Positions 1-11,890 of a stretch of 64,000 nt of DNA are shown here, piece by piece; positions within the stretch are counted from its first letter, which is position 1; every line of letters starts with the position of its first letter. The notes below the pieces were generated by a model. That model saw nothing but the letters and a program-made list of their open reading frames with translations. It searched no databases and was not told where the DNA came from. Origin of the DNA: an uncultured Methylophilaceae bacterium (GTDB taxonomy: Bacteria > Pseudomonadota > Gammaproteobacteria > Burkholderiales > Methylophilaceae); NCBI GenBank assembly GCA_903953055.1, contig CAJBIA010000114.1, positions 7,165 to 71,164 of the forward strand. The letters run 5' to 3'. Made by a program: the position numbers and the translations under genes.

Positions 1-1
1 A

Positions 2-1033
2 CGTGTGTGGCAGTTCGATACGATTCCGGATAAAGGTTGGGAGGGCGCTTTTAAAGAAACGACATCTGATGGCATTTCGTTAAATCGTAATATCACTGAT
101 GAAAAAGCTGCTTTACCTAAATTTTCAGACTCAGCTCGCTTTGGTGGGGGTTCTGCATGGAGTACGCCAGCAATTGATTCTAAATTGGGGCTTTTGTACT
201 TTGGTACGGGAAATCCCTCTCCACAGATGAATGATGTCTCACGTCCGGGGGATAATCTTTATACAGTATCCCTAGTTGCGCTTGATGCAGATTCTGGAAA
301 ACTTCGTTGGTATTACCAACAAGTACCCCATGATGTTTGGGGTTATGACATTGCTAGTGCGCCAATTTTATTCAACTATAAAAAAGACGGCAAAATAATT
401 GAAGCTGTTGGTCAAGCAAGTAAATTGGGTTGGTTTTTTGTTAACGACCGAAAAACAGGCGAGCTGTTAATGAAATCTGAAGCTTTTGTACCGCAAAAAA
501 ACCTGTTCGCTAAAGCCACATTCGAGGGCGTTACCCTTTATCCAGGAATCTTAGGCGGATCTAATTGGTCACCTGCTGCGATTGACGAAGCAACACAGCA
601 TGCCTTTGTTGCTGCTATTCACGCACCAATCAAATACACCCTTCACGAAACTCCGGGTAAAGATGGCGCAGCGCCTATTCGCTATGCAGCATCTGAGCCA
701 GCTGAAGAGCCACGTTGGGGCGTGTTATCTTCTATTGATTTGGCAACAGGCAAAATAGCTTGGCAAAACAAAACTGAGCAACCACTGGTCGGTGGCGTTT
801 TAATTACTGGTGGTGGTTTGTTATTTACTGGTGAAGGTAATGGTCACTTCAATGCCTACGACTCAAGTAATGGTAAGCTTCTATGGCAAGCCAGTAATGA
901 TTTTGGTGTTAATGCGCCACCGATTACCTATCAAGTCGATGGCGAGCAATATATTGCTGTAGCAGCTGGAGGCAGTTCAATATTCGGTTACAAGCAAGGT
1001 GACCATTTGTTGGTATATAAGCTCAAAAAATAA
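2..1033 (+). CDS. PQQ-dependent dehydrogenase family beta-propeller protein (5' truncated by window edge)
   Basis: Frame is open from base 2. It has tryptophan-docking repeats (ALDADSGKLRW, IDLATGKIAW, YDSSNGKLLW), GTGNPSP..RPGDNLY, PHDxW and C-terminal PITYQVDGEQYIAVAAGG. Confidence 0.9.
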   Translation, partial: RVWQFDTIPDKGWEGAFKETTSDGISLNRNITDEKAALPKFSDSARFGGGSAWSTPAIDSKLGLLYFGTGNPSPQMNDVSRPGDNLYTVSLVALDADSGKLRWYYQQVPHDVWGYDIASAPILFNYKKDGKIIEAVGQASKLGWFFVNDRKTGELLMKSEAFVPQKNLFAKATFEGVTLYPGILGGSNWSPAAIDEATQHAFVAAIHAPIKYTLHETPGKDGAAPIRYAASEPAEEPRWGVLSSIDLATGKIAWQNKTEQPLVGGVLITGGGLLFTGEGNGHFNAYDSSNGKLLWQASNDFGVNAPPITYQVDGEQYIAVAAGGSSIFGYKQGDHLLVYKLKK

Positions 1034-1119
1034 ATTAGTTAAAACAATTTATGAATTCAATTTAGATTTAAATTTAAATGATCTTTATAATTTACTAAAA
1101 ATTGAATGGGTGTCTTAGT

Positions 1120-1863
1120 ATGCATATTGAAACGGTTGATTTCGTTATTAGTCTTTGTTTATTGCTTGGAGCAGTTTTATATACATCCGTTGGGCATGCT
1201 GGTGCATCAGTATATATCGCTATCTTGACCTTGTTTGGTATCGCAACACCAGTCATTAAGCCAACAGCTCTAGTGCTTAACATTTGCATTGCAACTTTCA
1301 CGAGTTGGCGTTTTATTAAGAAGGGATATTTTGATTTTAAGGTGCTAAAGCCGATTGCAATTGGAGCAATCCCTTTTGCATTTTTGGGTGGCTACATCAA
1401 CGCGCCAAGTCATGTATATAAGGCTATTGTTGGTGTCATTTTAATTATTTCGGCAATTAGTTTATTAACTAAGGCGAGTGAACGAATTGACTCAAACATC
1501 CATCATCCAAGTTTCTTGCTCGCCATGATTTCGGGGGCAATGATTGGCTTCCTGGCTGGTTTAACAGGTACCGGGGGCGGGATTTTTCTCTCACCACTCA
1601 TTTTATTTTTAGGTTGGAGCACTACAAGAGAAACATCCGGAATTGCAGCTGTATTTATTTTATTAAACTCACTATTTGGTTTGGCAGGTAATTACGCTTC
1701 TATACAAAACTTGCCGTCGCAGCTGCCATTGTTTGTGATAGCAACTATGATTGGCGCAATAATTGGTACGACACTTGGAATTAAGATCTACTCTACTGAA
1801 ACCATTAAGAGAGTTTTAGCATCGGTATTGTTTATTGCTGGACTGAAGTTATTATTAACATAG
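1120..1863 (+). CDS. Sulfite exporter TauE/SafE (TSUP) family membrane protein
   Basis: Hydrophobic internally duplicated protein with VGHAGAS and GLTGTGGGIFLSP motifs. ATG 1120 preferred over TTG 1102. Confidence 0.85.
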   Translation: MHIETVDFVISLCLLLGAVLYTSVGHAGASVYIAILTLFGIATPVIKPTALVLNICIATFTSWRFIKKGYFDFKVLKPIAIGAIPFAFLGGYINAPSHVYKAIVGVILIISAISLLTKASERIDSNIHHPSFLLAMISGAMIGFLAGLTGTGGGIFLSPLILFLGWSTTRETSGIAAVFILLNSLFGLAGNYASIQNLPSQLPLFVIATMIGAIIGTTLGIKIYSTETIKRVLASVLFIAGLKLLLT

Positions 1864-1869
1864 GGTTGT

Positions 1870-1917
1870 ATAAAATAAAAAAGCCGCCATCGAAGGATAG
1901 CGGCTTTTTTATTTTAT
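1870..1917. terminator. Bidirectional intrinsic terminator between tauE-like gene and tRNA-Glu
   Basis: ATAAAATAAAAAAGCCGC...GCGGCTTTTTTATTTTAT inverted repeat with A/T tracts on both sides, between convergent genes. Confidence 0.9.
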
Positions 1918-1992
1918 GGCGTCCCCACGGGGATTCGAACCCCGGTCGCCTCCGTGAAAGGGAGGTGTCCTAGGCCTCTAGACGATGGGGAC
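1917..1992 (-). tRNA. tRNA-Glu (TTC)
   Basis: Reverse complement GTCCCCATCGTCTAGAGGCCTAGGACACCTCCCTTTCACGGAGGCGACCGGGGTTCGAATCCCCGTGGGGACGCCA; 76 nt, encoded CCA. Confidence 0.98.
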
Positions 1993-2082
1993 ATAGAGGT
2001 GAAAATTATACTTAAAAACACTGCTTATTTAAAGTCTAAATTAGCGAGAATTCTATTCTTTTATTAACAGCAGAGGTCTTTT

Positions 2083-2158
<76 letters not shown>

Positions 2159-2191
2159 GACAAACCTTAAACTTCAAGACCTGTGAAAAGA

Positions 2192-2226
2192 GGCGCCATA
2201 TTAATGAGGGCGGGCATCCTTGTCAA
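2192..2226 (-). promoter_or_regulatory. Sigma70 promoter with GC-rich discriminator for the tRNA-Ala/Glu unit
   Basis: Minus strand TTGACA (2226-2221), 17 bp spacer, TAATAT (2203-2198), then GGCGCC. Confidence 0.75.
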
Positions 2227-2262
2227 CGTATTTCGTCTTTCTACGCCGACTTTCTTTGATTT

Positions 2263-2712
2263 TTAACCGCGAATATTTGAGTTGCTTTCAAACTGCGTTA
2301 AATCGACACGTGCTTGAGGTTGCCATCCCGATTTGCGGTGTTCTGCAATTACATTAGTGAATATGCCGCCGCGTACAAAGAATTTGGCTGTCAATCGCAT
2401 AAATTTTGGTGATGTAGCTGCAACAAGGTCATCTAAAATTCGATTGGTCACCGCTTCATGGAAGCAACCCTCGTCACGAAATGACCATGTGTAAAGCTTA
2501 AGGCTCTTTAATTCAACGCATAGTTGATCTGGGATATAGTCAAGATAAAGGATCGCAAAATCAGGCTGGCCTGTCTTTGGGCATAAGCAGGTGAATTCTG
2601 GAATTTCCATGTGAATGTGAAAATCACGGTTAGGATTTGGATTGTCAAATGTTTCTAGATCTTTAGTGGGTAGTGCAGTTGGCTTTCCACCTAATGATTG
2701 AGTGTTTGTCAT
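2263..2712 (-). CDS. queF: NADPH-dependent 7-cyano-7-deazaguanine reductase, short unimodular type
   Basis: [15 protein letters not shown] and ELKSLKLY motifs. ATG 2712 is the likely start. Confidence 0.95.
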   Translation of the reverse strand: MTNTQSLGGKPTALPTKDLETFDNPNPNRDFHIHMEIPEFTCLCPKTGQPDFAILYLDYIPDQLCVELKSLKLYTWSFRDEGCFHEAVTNRILDDLVAATSPKFMRLTAKFFVRGGIFTNVIAEHRKSGWQPQARVDLTQFESNSNIRG

Positions 2713-2788
2713 GTTAGAAATCGGGCTTTTAGCTTCAAAAAACGTTATTATACTGTCTAACAAAGCTTACTAAAAAATAATCCTAATT

Positions 2789-5700
2789 TTGCGTTTAACC
2801 CATCTCAAACTTGCCGGTTTTAAATCGTTTGTTGACCCAACAACTTTGCATATCCACGGTCAACGTGTAGGCGTTGTTGGGCCTAATGGTTGCGGTAAAT
2901 CCAATGTCATGGAATCTGTCCGTTGGGTGCTGGGCGAGTCGAGCGCTAAAGAGTTGCGTGGAGACTCTATGGATGCGGTCATTTTTAATGGCTCAGCTAA
3001 TCGAAAACCTATCTCAAGAGCAAGTGTTGAGCTTGTGTTTGATAACAGTTTGGGTGATGCGAGTGGTGAGTGGTCGCAGTATGCAGAAATTGCAGTTAAG
3101 CGCGTCATTGAGCGAGATAAAGGCTCTTCCTATTTTATAAACAATACAGTTGTGCGCCGTCGCGATGTCGCAGATTTATTTTTAGGTACAGGGCTTGGTG
3201 GAAGAGCCTATGCGATTATTGGCCAAAATACCATTTCTAGGATTGTCGAAGCGAAGCCTGAAGAGTTGCGTGTTTTCTTGGAAGAGGCTGCAGGCATCTC
3301 GAAATATAAGGAACGTCGCCGTGAAACTGAGATGCGTTTGCGTGACACAAGGGAAAACCTAACTAGAGTTGAAGACATTCGCGGTGAGATGGATAAGCAA
3401 ATCACCCGATTAGAATCGCAAGCGCTAGTGACAGAACAATATCATCAACTTCAGCAAGCGCTTAAACATACACAAGGCCAGCTATGGCTGTTAAAAAAGC
3501 GCGACGCAAGTAGCTCGTGGGAAAAAACACAACGTGTTGTTGAAAAACTAGTAATTGACCTTGAAAGTCAAATGGCCGCCTTACGTAAAAGTGAAAGTCT
3601 TTTAGAAAGTCTTCGCCAGCAGCATTATGCATGTACCGAGAGCGTGCAGTTTGCGCAAACCCAATATTATGAGGCCAATGCGGAAGTATCTAATTTAGAA
3701 AATCAGGTTAAACATACCCAAGAAGCACGTGACAGACTTAATTTACAGCTTGAGCAAACAGTTGAGCAAACGATTAAATCAGATAATCTGCGGGTTGATC
3801 TTGAGTCTCAGTTAAAGCAATTAATGACCGAGGCCCAAAGTGCTGAGGCGGAAGTTGCGCGATCATCCGAGGCGTTGTCACTTTGTCAAGCCGCTTTTCC
3901 TGAAGCAGAGGGTGCGCATCTTGCATCTCAAAAAGCCCACGCTGAAGCTCAGCGCGCACTGAGTGAAGCTGAGCAAAATATCCGCTTAGAGTCAACCAAT
4001 ATAGAACATTTGAATCGCTCAGTTGCTGAAATAACACAACGTCTTGAAAGACTTATGGCCGAGCTGGCTGGCCTTGCATTACCTAATGAACAAGAGCTAA
4101 AGGATAAACAGAATCAGTCGGCCGCATTGCAGGCTGAGAGTGAAAAGCTCAACTTAGAATTGGCTAAATTAAAAACATTAGAACAATCGCAAATGGAAGC
4201 GCTTAAATCCATGCGTGAACAGCAATTGGCGCAAGAGCGAACCCTGGCACAGATTGATGCTCAAATTACCTCGCTGAATAAAATCCAGCATTCTTTGGGG
4301 CATGAGGCCATGCTTGATGCTTGGTTGAGTAGCAATCAGTTGACTAGTGCAGCGCGAATTTGGCAACAAGTTGAAATCCAAAAAGGCTGGGAGGTGGCAC
4401 TTGAGGCGGTATTGGGTTCGCGCTTAAATGCTTTACTCAATGAAAGTGCTGGCAAGCTAACCCCTAACATTCGCCCGCCATCCGCATTGGTTATTGCAGA
4501 GGCTGCTGAATCTAGCTTAAAGACTTCACCAAGCAAGCAATCATGGAAAACCATGCGAGATTTTGTTGATGTCAGAGATAAGCGCATAGCGGGGCTTTTA
4601 GATGCTTGGTTGGATAGTGTTTATTTGCTTGAGGATGGAGAGGATCCTGACGAAGCACGTCAAAAGCTAAAAGCGCACGAATATTTAGTAAATGCACAAG
4701 GTGATGTTTATACACGTTATAGCTTGTCTATTTACGCTGCGCAATCAGCTATGCATGGTGTCTTGGAGCGTCAACGAGAGCTTGATGACCTTAATAAGCA
4801 ACAGCCACAATTTCAAGCTCAAATTATATCAGGCTCTAATACGCTTGCCTCCTATGAACAAGCGTTGCAGTTAACAAGGCATGCGCATACAGAGCAACAG
4901 CAGGCATTAACTAAGCTTACTCAAACCCAGCATGCGCTTCATGTCGATTTGCAGCGTCTCACGCAGCAACGTCAGCACATCATCGATAGACAGAATGCGA
5001 TTCAGATAGATTTAAGTCAACTTCAACAGCGCTTAACGCAATTGAGCGATGAGCAACAAACAAAACAAAAAATGCTTTCATCAACAAGTGGCTCACTTGT
5101 TGATTTGCAAGCTAGGCGCGAGCATACATTTAGCGCAAGACAGGCTGCTGAATTAGCTTTAAATGCATGCAGAAATGATTTGCAGATCGCTGAAAAACTG
5201 ATGCAAGAGAAAATATTTAATATTAAGTTAATATCAAATAATATTAATGAGTTAAATGGTAAAGTAAATTTACTTTATGAAGAAAAGGTTGCCTTAAATA
5301 ATAAGAAAAAAGAAGCGGAAGCATTCCTAGATGCGGCAAAGATGGAAGGCTTGAAAGCAAACCTTGAGGCCGCGATTAATTTAAAGCAAGTTCGCGAAGT
5401 GACTCTGGCAGGAGCGCGTGATGCAATGGTAGGTTCAGAAAATGAATTGCAAACTAATGAGCGTAACAGAATGCAAAACGAACAAGTCTTGTATCCGCTC
5501 CGAGATAAATTGGAACAGGCGCGACTTCAAGAACAACAATCCCGTTTGCATTTTGAGCAGTGCCAAGCTGCGCTTTTAGATGTTGGTATTGAAGAGGCTG
5601 AATTGGCAAACGAATTAAGCCTTAGCGCTAAAATTTCAGACTTTGAAGCGCGTGTGGAAAAGTTTGCGGGTGAGGTGGTAGCCCTTGGTCCTGTAAACTT

Positions 5701-6307
5701 AGCCGCTATTCAAGAGCTTAATAGCGAGCGTGAACGTAAAACTTACTTGGATAGCCAAGCTGCAGACTTGGAAGAGGCGATTAATACCCTAGAGGATGCG
5801 ATAAGACGTATTGATAAGGAGACGCGAGCGCGTCTCCAACATACATTTGATGAAGCAAATCGTCACTTTGATGAATTATTTAAAGACTTATTCGCTGGCG
5901 GCCAGGCAAGGCTAGAGTTGTTGGGTGAGGAAATTTTAGATACAGGTATGCAAGTTTTTGCACAGCCTCCAGGAAAGAGAAATAGCACGATTCATTTGTT
6001 ATCTGGCGGTGAGAAAGCACTCACTGCACTAGCGCTAGTCTTTGCGCTGTTTAGACTTAATCCTGCGCCATTTTGTTTAATGGACGAGGTGGATGCGCCA
6101 CTTGACGACAGCAATACAGATAGGTTTTGCGCAATGGTAAAAAAAATGTCGGAGCGAACACAGTTTTTGTTTGTTAGTCATAATAAAATTACAATGGAGA
6201 TGGCACAGCAGCTTGTTGGGGTAACTATGCAAGAGTCAGGTGTTTCTCGAGTAGTTGAGGTGGATATGGAAGCTGCCATGCAAATGAACCATGAGTTATT
6301 TACATAG
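2789..6307 (+). CDS. smc: Chromosome segregation protein SMC
   Basis: GFKSF, Walker A GPNGCGKSN, long coiled coils with hinge, LSGGEK signature, DEVDAPLD. Confidence 0.98.
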   Translation: MRLTHLKLAGFKSFVDPTTLHIHGQRVGVVGPNGCGKSNVMESVRWVLGESSAKELRGDSMDAVIFNGSANRKPISRASVELVFDNSLGDASGEWSQYAEIAVKRVIERDKGSSYFINNTVVRRRDVADLFLGTGLGGRAYAIIGQNTISRIVEAKPEELRVFLEEAAGISKYKERRRETEMRLRDTRENLTRVEDIRGEMDKQITRLESQALVTEQYHQLQQALKHTQGQLWLLKKRDASSSWEKTQRVVEKLVIDLESQMAALRKSESLLESLRQQHYACTESVQFAQTQYYEANAEVSNLENQVKHTQEARDRLNLQLEQTVEQTIKSDNLRVDLESQLKQLMTEAQSAEAEVARSSEALSLCQAAFPEAEGAHLASQKAHAEAQRALSEAEQNIRLESTNIEHLNRSVAEITQRLERLMAELAGLALPNEQELKDKQNQSAALQAESEKLNLELAKLKTLEQSQMEALKSMREQQLAQERTLAQIDAQITSLNKIQHSLGHEAMLDAWLSSNQLTSAARIWQQVEIQKGWEVALEAVLGSRLNALLNESAGKLTPNIRPPSALVIAEAAESSLKTSPSKQSWKTMRDFVDVRDKRIAGLLDAWLDSVYLLEDGEDPDEARQKLKAHEYLVNAQGDVYTRYSLSIYAAQSAMHGVLERQRELDDLNKQQPQFQAQIISGSNTLASYEQALQLTRHAHTEQQQALTKLTQTQHALHVDLQRLTQQRQHIIDRQNAIQIDLSQLQQRLTQLSDEQQTKQKMLSSTSGSLVDLQARREHTFSARQAAELALNACRNDLQIAEKLMQEKIFNIKLISNNINELNGKVNLLYEEKVALNNKKKEAEAFLDAAKMEGLKANLEAAINLKQVREVTLAGARDAMVGSENELQTNERNRMQNEQVLYPLRDKLEQARLQEQQSRLHFEQCQAALLDVGIEEAELANELSLSAKISDFEARVEKFAGEVVALGPVNLAAIQELNSERERKTYLDSQAADLEEAINTLEDAIRRIDKETRARLQHTFDEANRHFDELFKDLFAGGQARLELLGEEILDTGMQVFAQPPGKRNSTIHLLSGGEKALTALALVFALFRLNPAPFCLMDEVDAPLDDSNTDRFCAMVKKMSERTQFLFVSHNKITMEMAQQLVGVTMQESGVSRVVEVDMEAAMQMNHELFT

Positions 6308-6341
6308 GGCGATTTGCCAATAAAGTTAATGGGAATATCAA

Positions 6342-9669
<3,328 letters not shown>

Positions 9670-9679
9670 GGTTGAAAGC

Positions 9680-10588
9680 ATGAATCTATTGTATATTTTA
9701 TTGTTACCGCTCTTGTTCATTAACGTATATTCTTATGCTGATGATGTAAATCTTAATAAGAAAATTACCGAATGTAATCAATTAGTAAAGTCTGGAAATG
9801 AAGAAAAAGCCTTAGAGTACACAGCTCAGCTGCTAAAGCAAAATAAGCCTGAGAGAGATATTTTCCTATGCCAGTCCCGAGCTCAGATGTCCCTCCGGCG
9901 CTTTGCTGATGCAGTAATTTCACTTAAGTCCGTTGACCAATTGTCTATTTTGCCAAATGATCACATGATGGCACTCGCAATGCTAGGTAATGCTTACAAG
10001 GGTAATAACCAGTTCAATGAGGCTATAGGTGCGTATGAATTATCATTGAATATCGCTATTACGCTTAAAAATACAAGTTTTCAGCGTATTACACACGGGT
10101 TGATTGGGGACGTTCAATCGAACACGAAACAATTTGATGAGGCGGTTACAAGCTACCAAGCGGCTATTAAGCTATCCCTTAACGACAATGAGCGGGCTGA
10201 TGCCTTTGAGCATTTAGCGAGCATCTTCAGTCAGCAGCAGAAGTATAACCTCGCAATCGAATACCAACTTAAGGCCACACTTGCCTATACACATTATGGC
10301 GATTTAGATTCACAGGCTAACTCAGGGCTAGAATTAGGTCGGATTTATATGGAGGCTGGTGAGTATGAGCAGGCTGAAAAATCTATCAATAAAATTCTCA
10401 AATTGGCTTCAGATAATGGCGGGCCTTATTGGGAAGCTAAATCTAATCTTTTAATGGCGAGACTTAGATTATCTGAGCACCAAAATCCCCAAATCTATAT
10501 TGATGCATCTTTGCGGATCAATAAGGAACTTAATGACGCATCGCTTAAAGACGATATTGCTGCGGTGCTGGGGATGGTTTCTCAATAA
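9680..10588 (+). CDS. Exported tetratricopeptide repeat protein
   Basis: Signal-peptide-like N-terminus and repeated LGxxYxxxxxFxEAIxxYxxAL helical units. Confidence 0.8.
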   Translation: MNLLYILLLPLLFINVYSYADDVNLNKKITECNQLVKSGNEEKALEYTAQLLKQNKPERDIFLCQSRAQMSLRRFADAVISLKSVDQLSILPNDHMMALAMLGNAYKGNNQFNEAIGAYELSLNIAITLKNTSFQRITHGLIGDVQSNTKQFDEAVTSYQAAIKLSLNDNERADAFEHLASIFSQQQKYNLAIEYQLKATLAYTHYGDLDSQANSGLELGRIYMEAGEYEQAEKSINKILKLASDNGGPYWEAKSNLLMARLRLSEHQNPQIYIDASLRINKELNDASLKDDIAAVLGMVSQ

Positions 10589-10620
10589 ATCATTTAGTCC
10601 CTTAGCTGTGTGAATATCTC

Positions 10621-10648
10621 ATTTAACATAATATACATTATGCGAAGT
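10621..10648 (-). other. dif: Chromosomal dif site (XerC/XerD recombination site)
   Basis: Reverse complement ACTTCGCATAA-TGTATA-TTATGTTAAAT matches E. coli dif at 25 of 28 positions (XerD arm and spacer identical). It is intergenic and lies at the switch in gene orientation. Confidence 0.95.
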
Positions 10649-10660
10649 TAATAAGGTGAC

Positions 10661-10685
10661 AAAAAAGCCAGCAATATTTGCCGGC
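10661..10685 (-). terminator. Intrinsic terminator of the small exported protein gene
   Basis: Minus strand GCCGGCAA-ATA-TTGCTGGC followed by TTTTTT. Confidence 0.8.
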
Positions 10686-10708
10686 CCCTTGCTTGTGGCC
10701 TTCACCGC

Positions 10709-11068
10709 TTACTTGTTATTAAAGAACGCAATGTTCATGCAACGACCATTTACAAACGTCAGCTCAGTAAATTTGTAGGTTTTGCTTGGTGCGTAATTAA
10801 CGCGGCCATTGTAATACCACATCTCAACATTAACTGGTTTTGATGACTCCTGACCTTTTCCAGCAAGCATTGTGTTCGCCCCCGTTGGTTTGACAGATAG
10901 CTCCTTCTTGTCTGGGTTTCCAAGCTTCTCTAAAACGATCGTATTAGATTTTCCGCTAAAGCTACGCAAGAAGTCATCTTCCGTATAGGTAGTTTTGGCT
11001 GCAAATGCATTAAAGCTCACAAAAGCAAATAATATGGTGGTTAAAAAAGATTTTTTGGTAATTGTCAT
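10709..11068 (-). CDS. Small exported hypothetical protein, possible SmpA/BamE-like fold
   Basis: Signal peptide ending AFA; pattern VLEKLGNP...EMWYY...LTFVNG; AGGA ribosome binding site upstream. Confidence 0.7.
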   Translation of the reverse strand: MTITKKSFLTTILFAFVSFNAFAAKTTYTEDDFLRSFSGKSNTIVLEKLGNPDKKELSVKPTGANTMLAGKGQESSKPVNVEMWYYNGRVNYAPSKTYKFTELTFVNGRCMNIAFFNNK

Positions 11069-11128
11069 GGTTAATCCTATTAATGATCTATCGAATTCTA
11101 AGCGGCTATTTTATTACAGAATAATAGA

Positions 11129-11890
11129 TTAAAACGTTAAATTTAATCCGTCGTAAGCTACATGCAAATTTTCTGGAAGCATAGCGCTTAGCTCTTCAAA
11201 CTCAATATCATGGGTCATATGGATGAAATATGTATTTTTAGCATTAATAAGACCAGCATAAGCAATGCTTTGTTCCATGTTAATGTGCGAGTAATGTGCT
11301 TTATAACGCAGGCAATCCAACATTAGGATCTCTAGGCCCTCCAAAAGCATGAGTGATGAGGCTGGAATATCAGACACATCAGTTAAGTAAGCCATATTGC
11401 CTAAGCGGTATCCTAATATATCGCTGTAGCCATGCCTAACTGGGATTGGCGTTACCTTGATACCAAGGAGTTCGAATTGTTCAGATATTGGGTTGAGGCT
11501 TAAAACAGGCAAATCCCAGAAATCCCCAGCTGCACGAATCGCATATCCAAACTTTTGTTGTATGTGTTGCATTGCATCTGTCTTGCCGTATAGGGGAATC
11601 TGTTTCTTTTGAATTTGGCAAAACGCACGCAAATCATCGATTCCATGGAGATGGTCTGCGTGTGTATGTGTGTATAGCACTGCATCAACACGTTTTAGGC
11701 CTGCGATAAGCGACTGAGAACGCAGGTCTGGCCCTGTATCAATGAGGATAACTTCCTCATTGTCTGTGATAATTGCTGCTGAGCAACGTAGGCGTTTGTT
11801 TTTAGGGTTGTTAGATAAGCAGGTCCTACATTGACACCCGACAACCGGTGTTCCTGCACTAGAACCAACACCAAGCATGGTTAATTGCAA
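11129..11890 (-). CDS. PhnP-like metallo-beta-lactamase fold phosphodiesterase
   Basis: GxGSSxGxPxxGCxCxxC, IDTGPD, THTHADHLHG, YLTD, IHMTH, AYDG. Confidence 0.9.
   Translation of the reverse strand: MQLTMLGVGSSAGTPVVGCQCRTCLSNNPKNKRLRCSAAIITDNEEVILIDTGPDLRSQSLIAGLKRVDAVLYTHTHADHLHGIDDLRAFCQIQKKQIPLYGKTDAMQHIQQKFGYAIRAAGDFWDLPVLSLNPISEQFELLGIKVTPIPVRHGYSDILGYRLGNMAYLTDVSDIPASSLMLLEGLEILMLDCLRYKAHYSHINMEQSIAYAGLINAKNTYFIHMTHDIEFEELSAMLPENLHVAYDGLNLTF

Noticed and set aside
2-1033. Calling the PQQ protein xoxF or mxaF
   Set aside because: It lacks the WDY[AD]G motif, GNPAPW and the MDH-type C-terminus.
1034-1110. AT-rich palindromes (ATTTAAATTTAAAT; ATTCAATTT/AAATTGAAT) before the tauE-like gene
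   Set aside because: Expected by chance at this AT content; I cannot assign an operator.
2713-2788. preQ1 riboswitch upstream of queF
   Set aside because: No preQ1-I stem-loop with an A-rich tail is visible in the short leader.
9670-11128. Integrated phage or IMEX element at dif
   Set aside because: Only one dif copy is visible, and there is no Rep, Zot, integrase or capsid gene.
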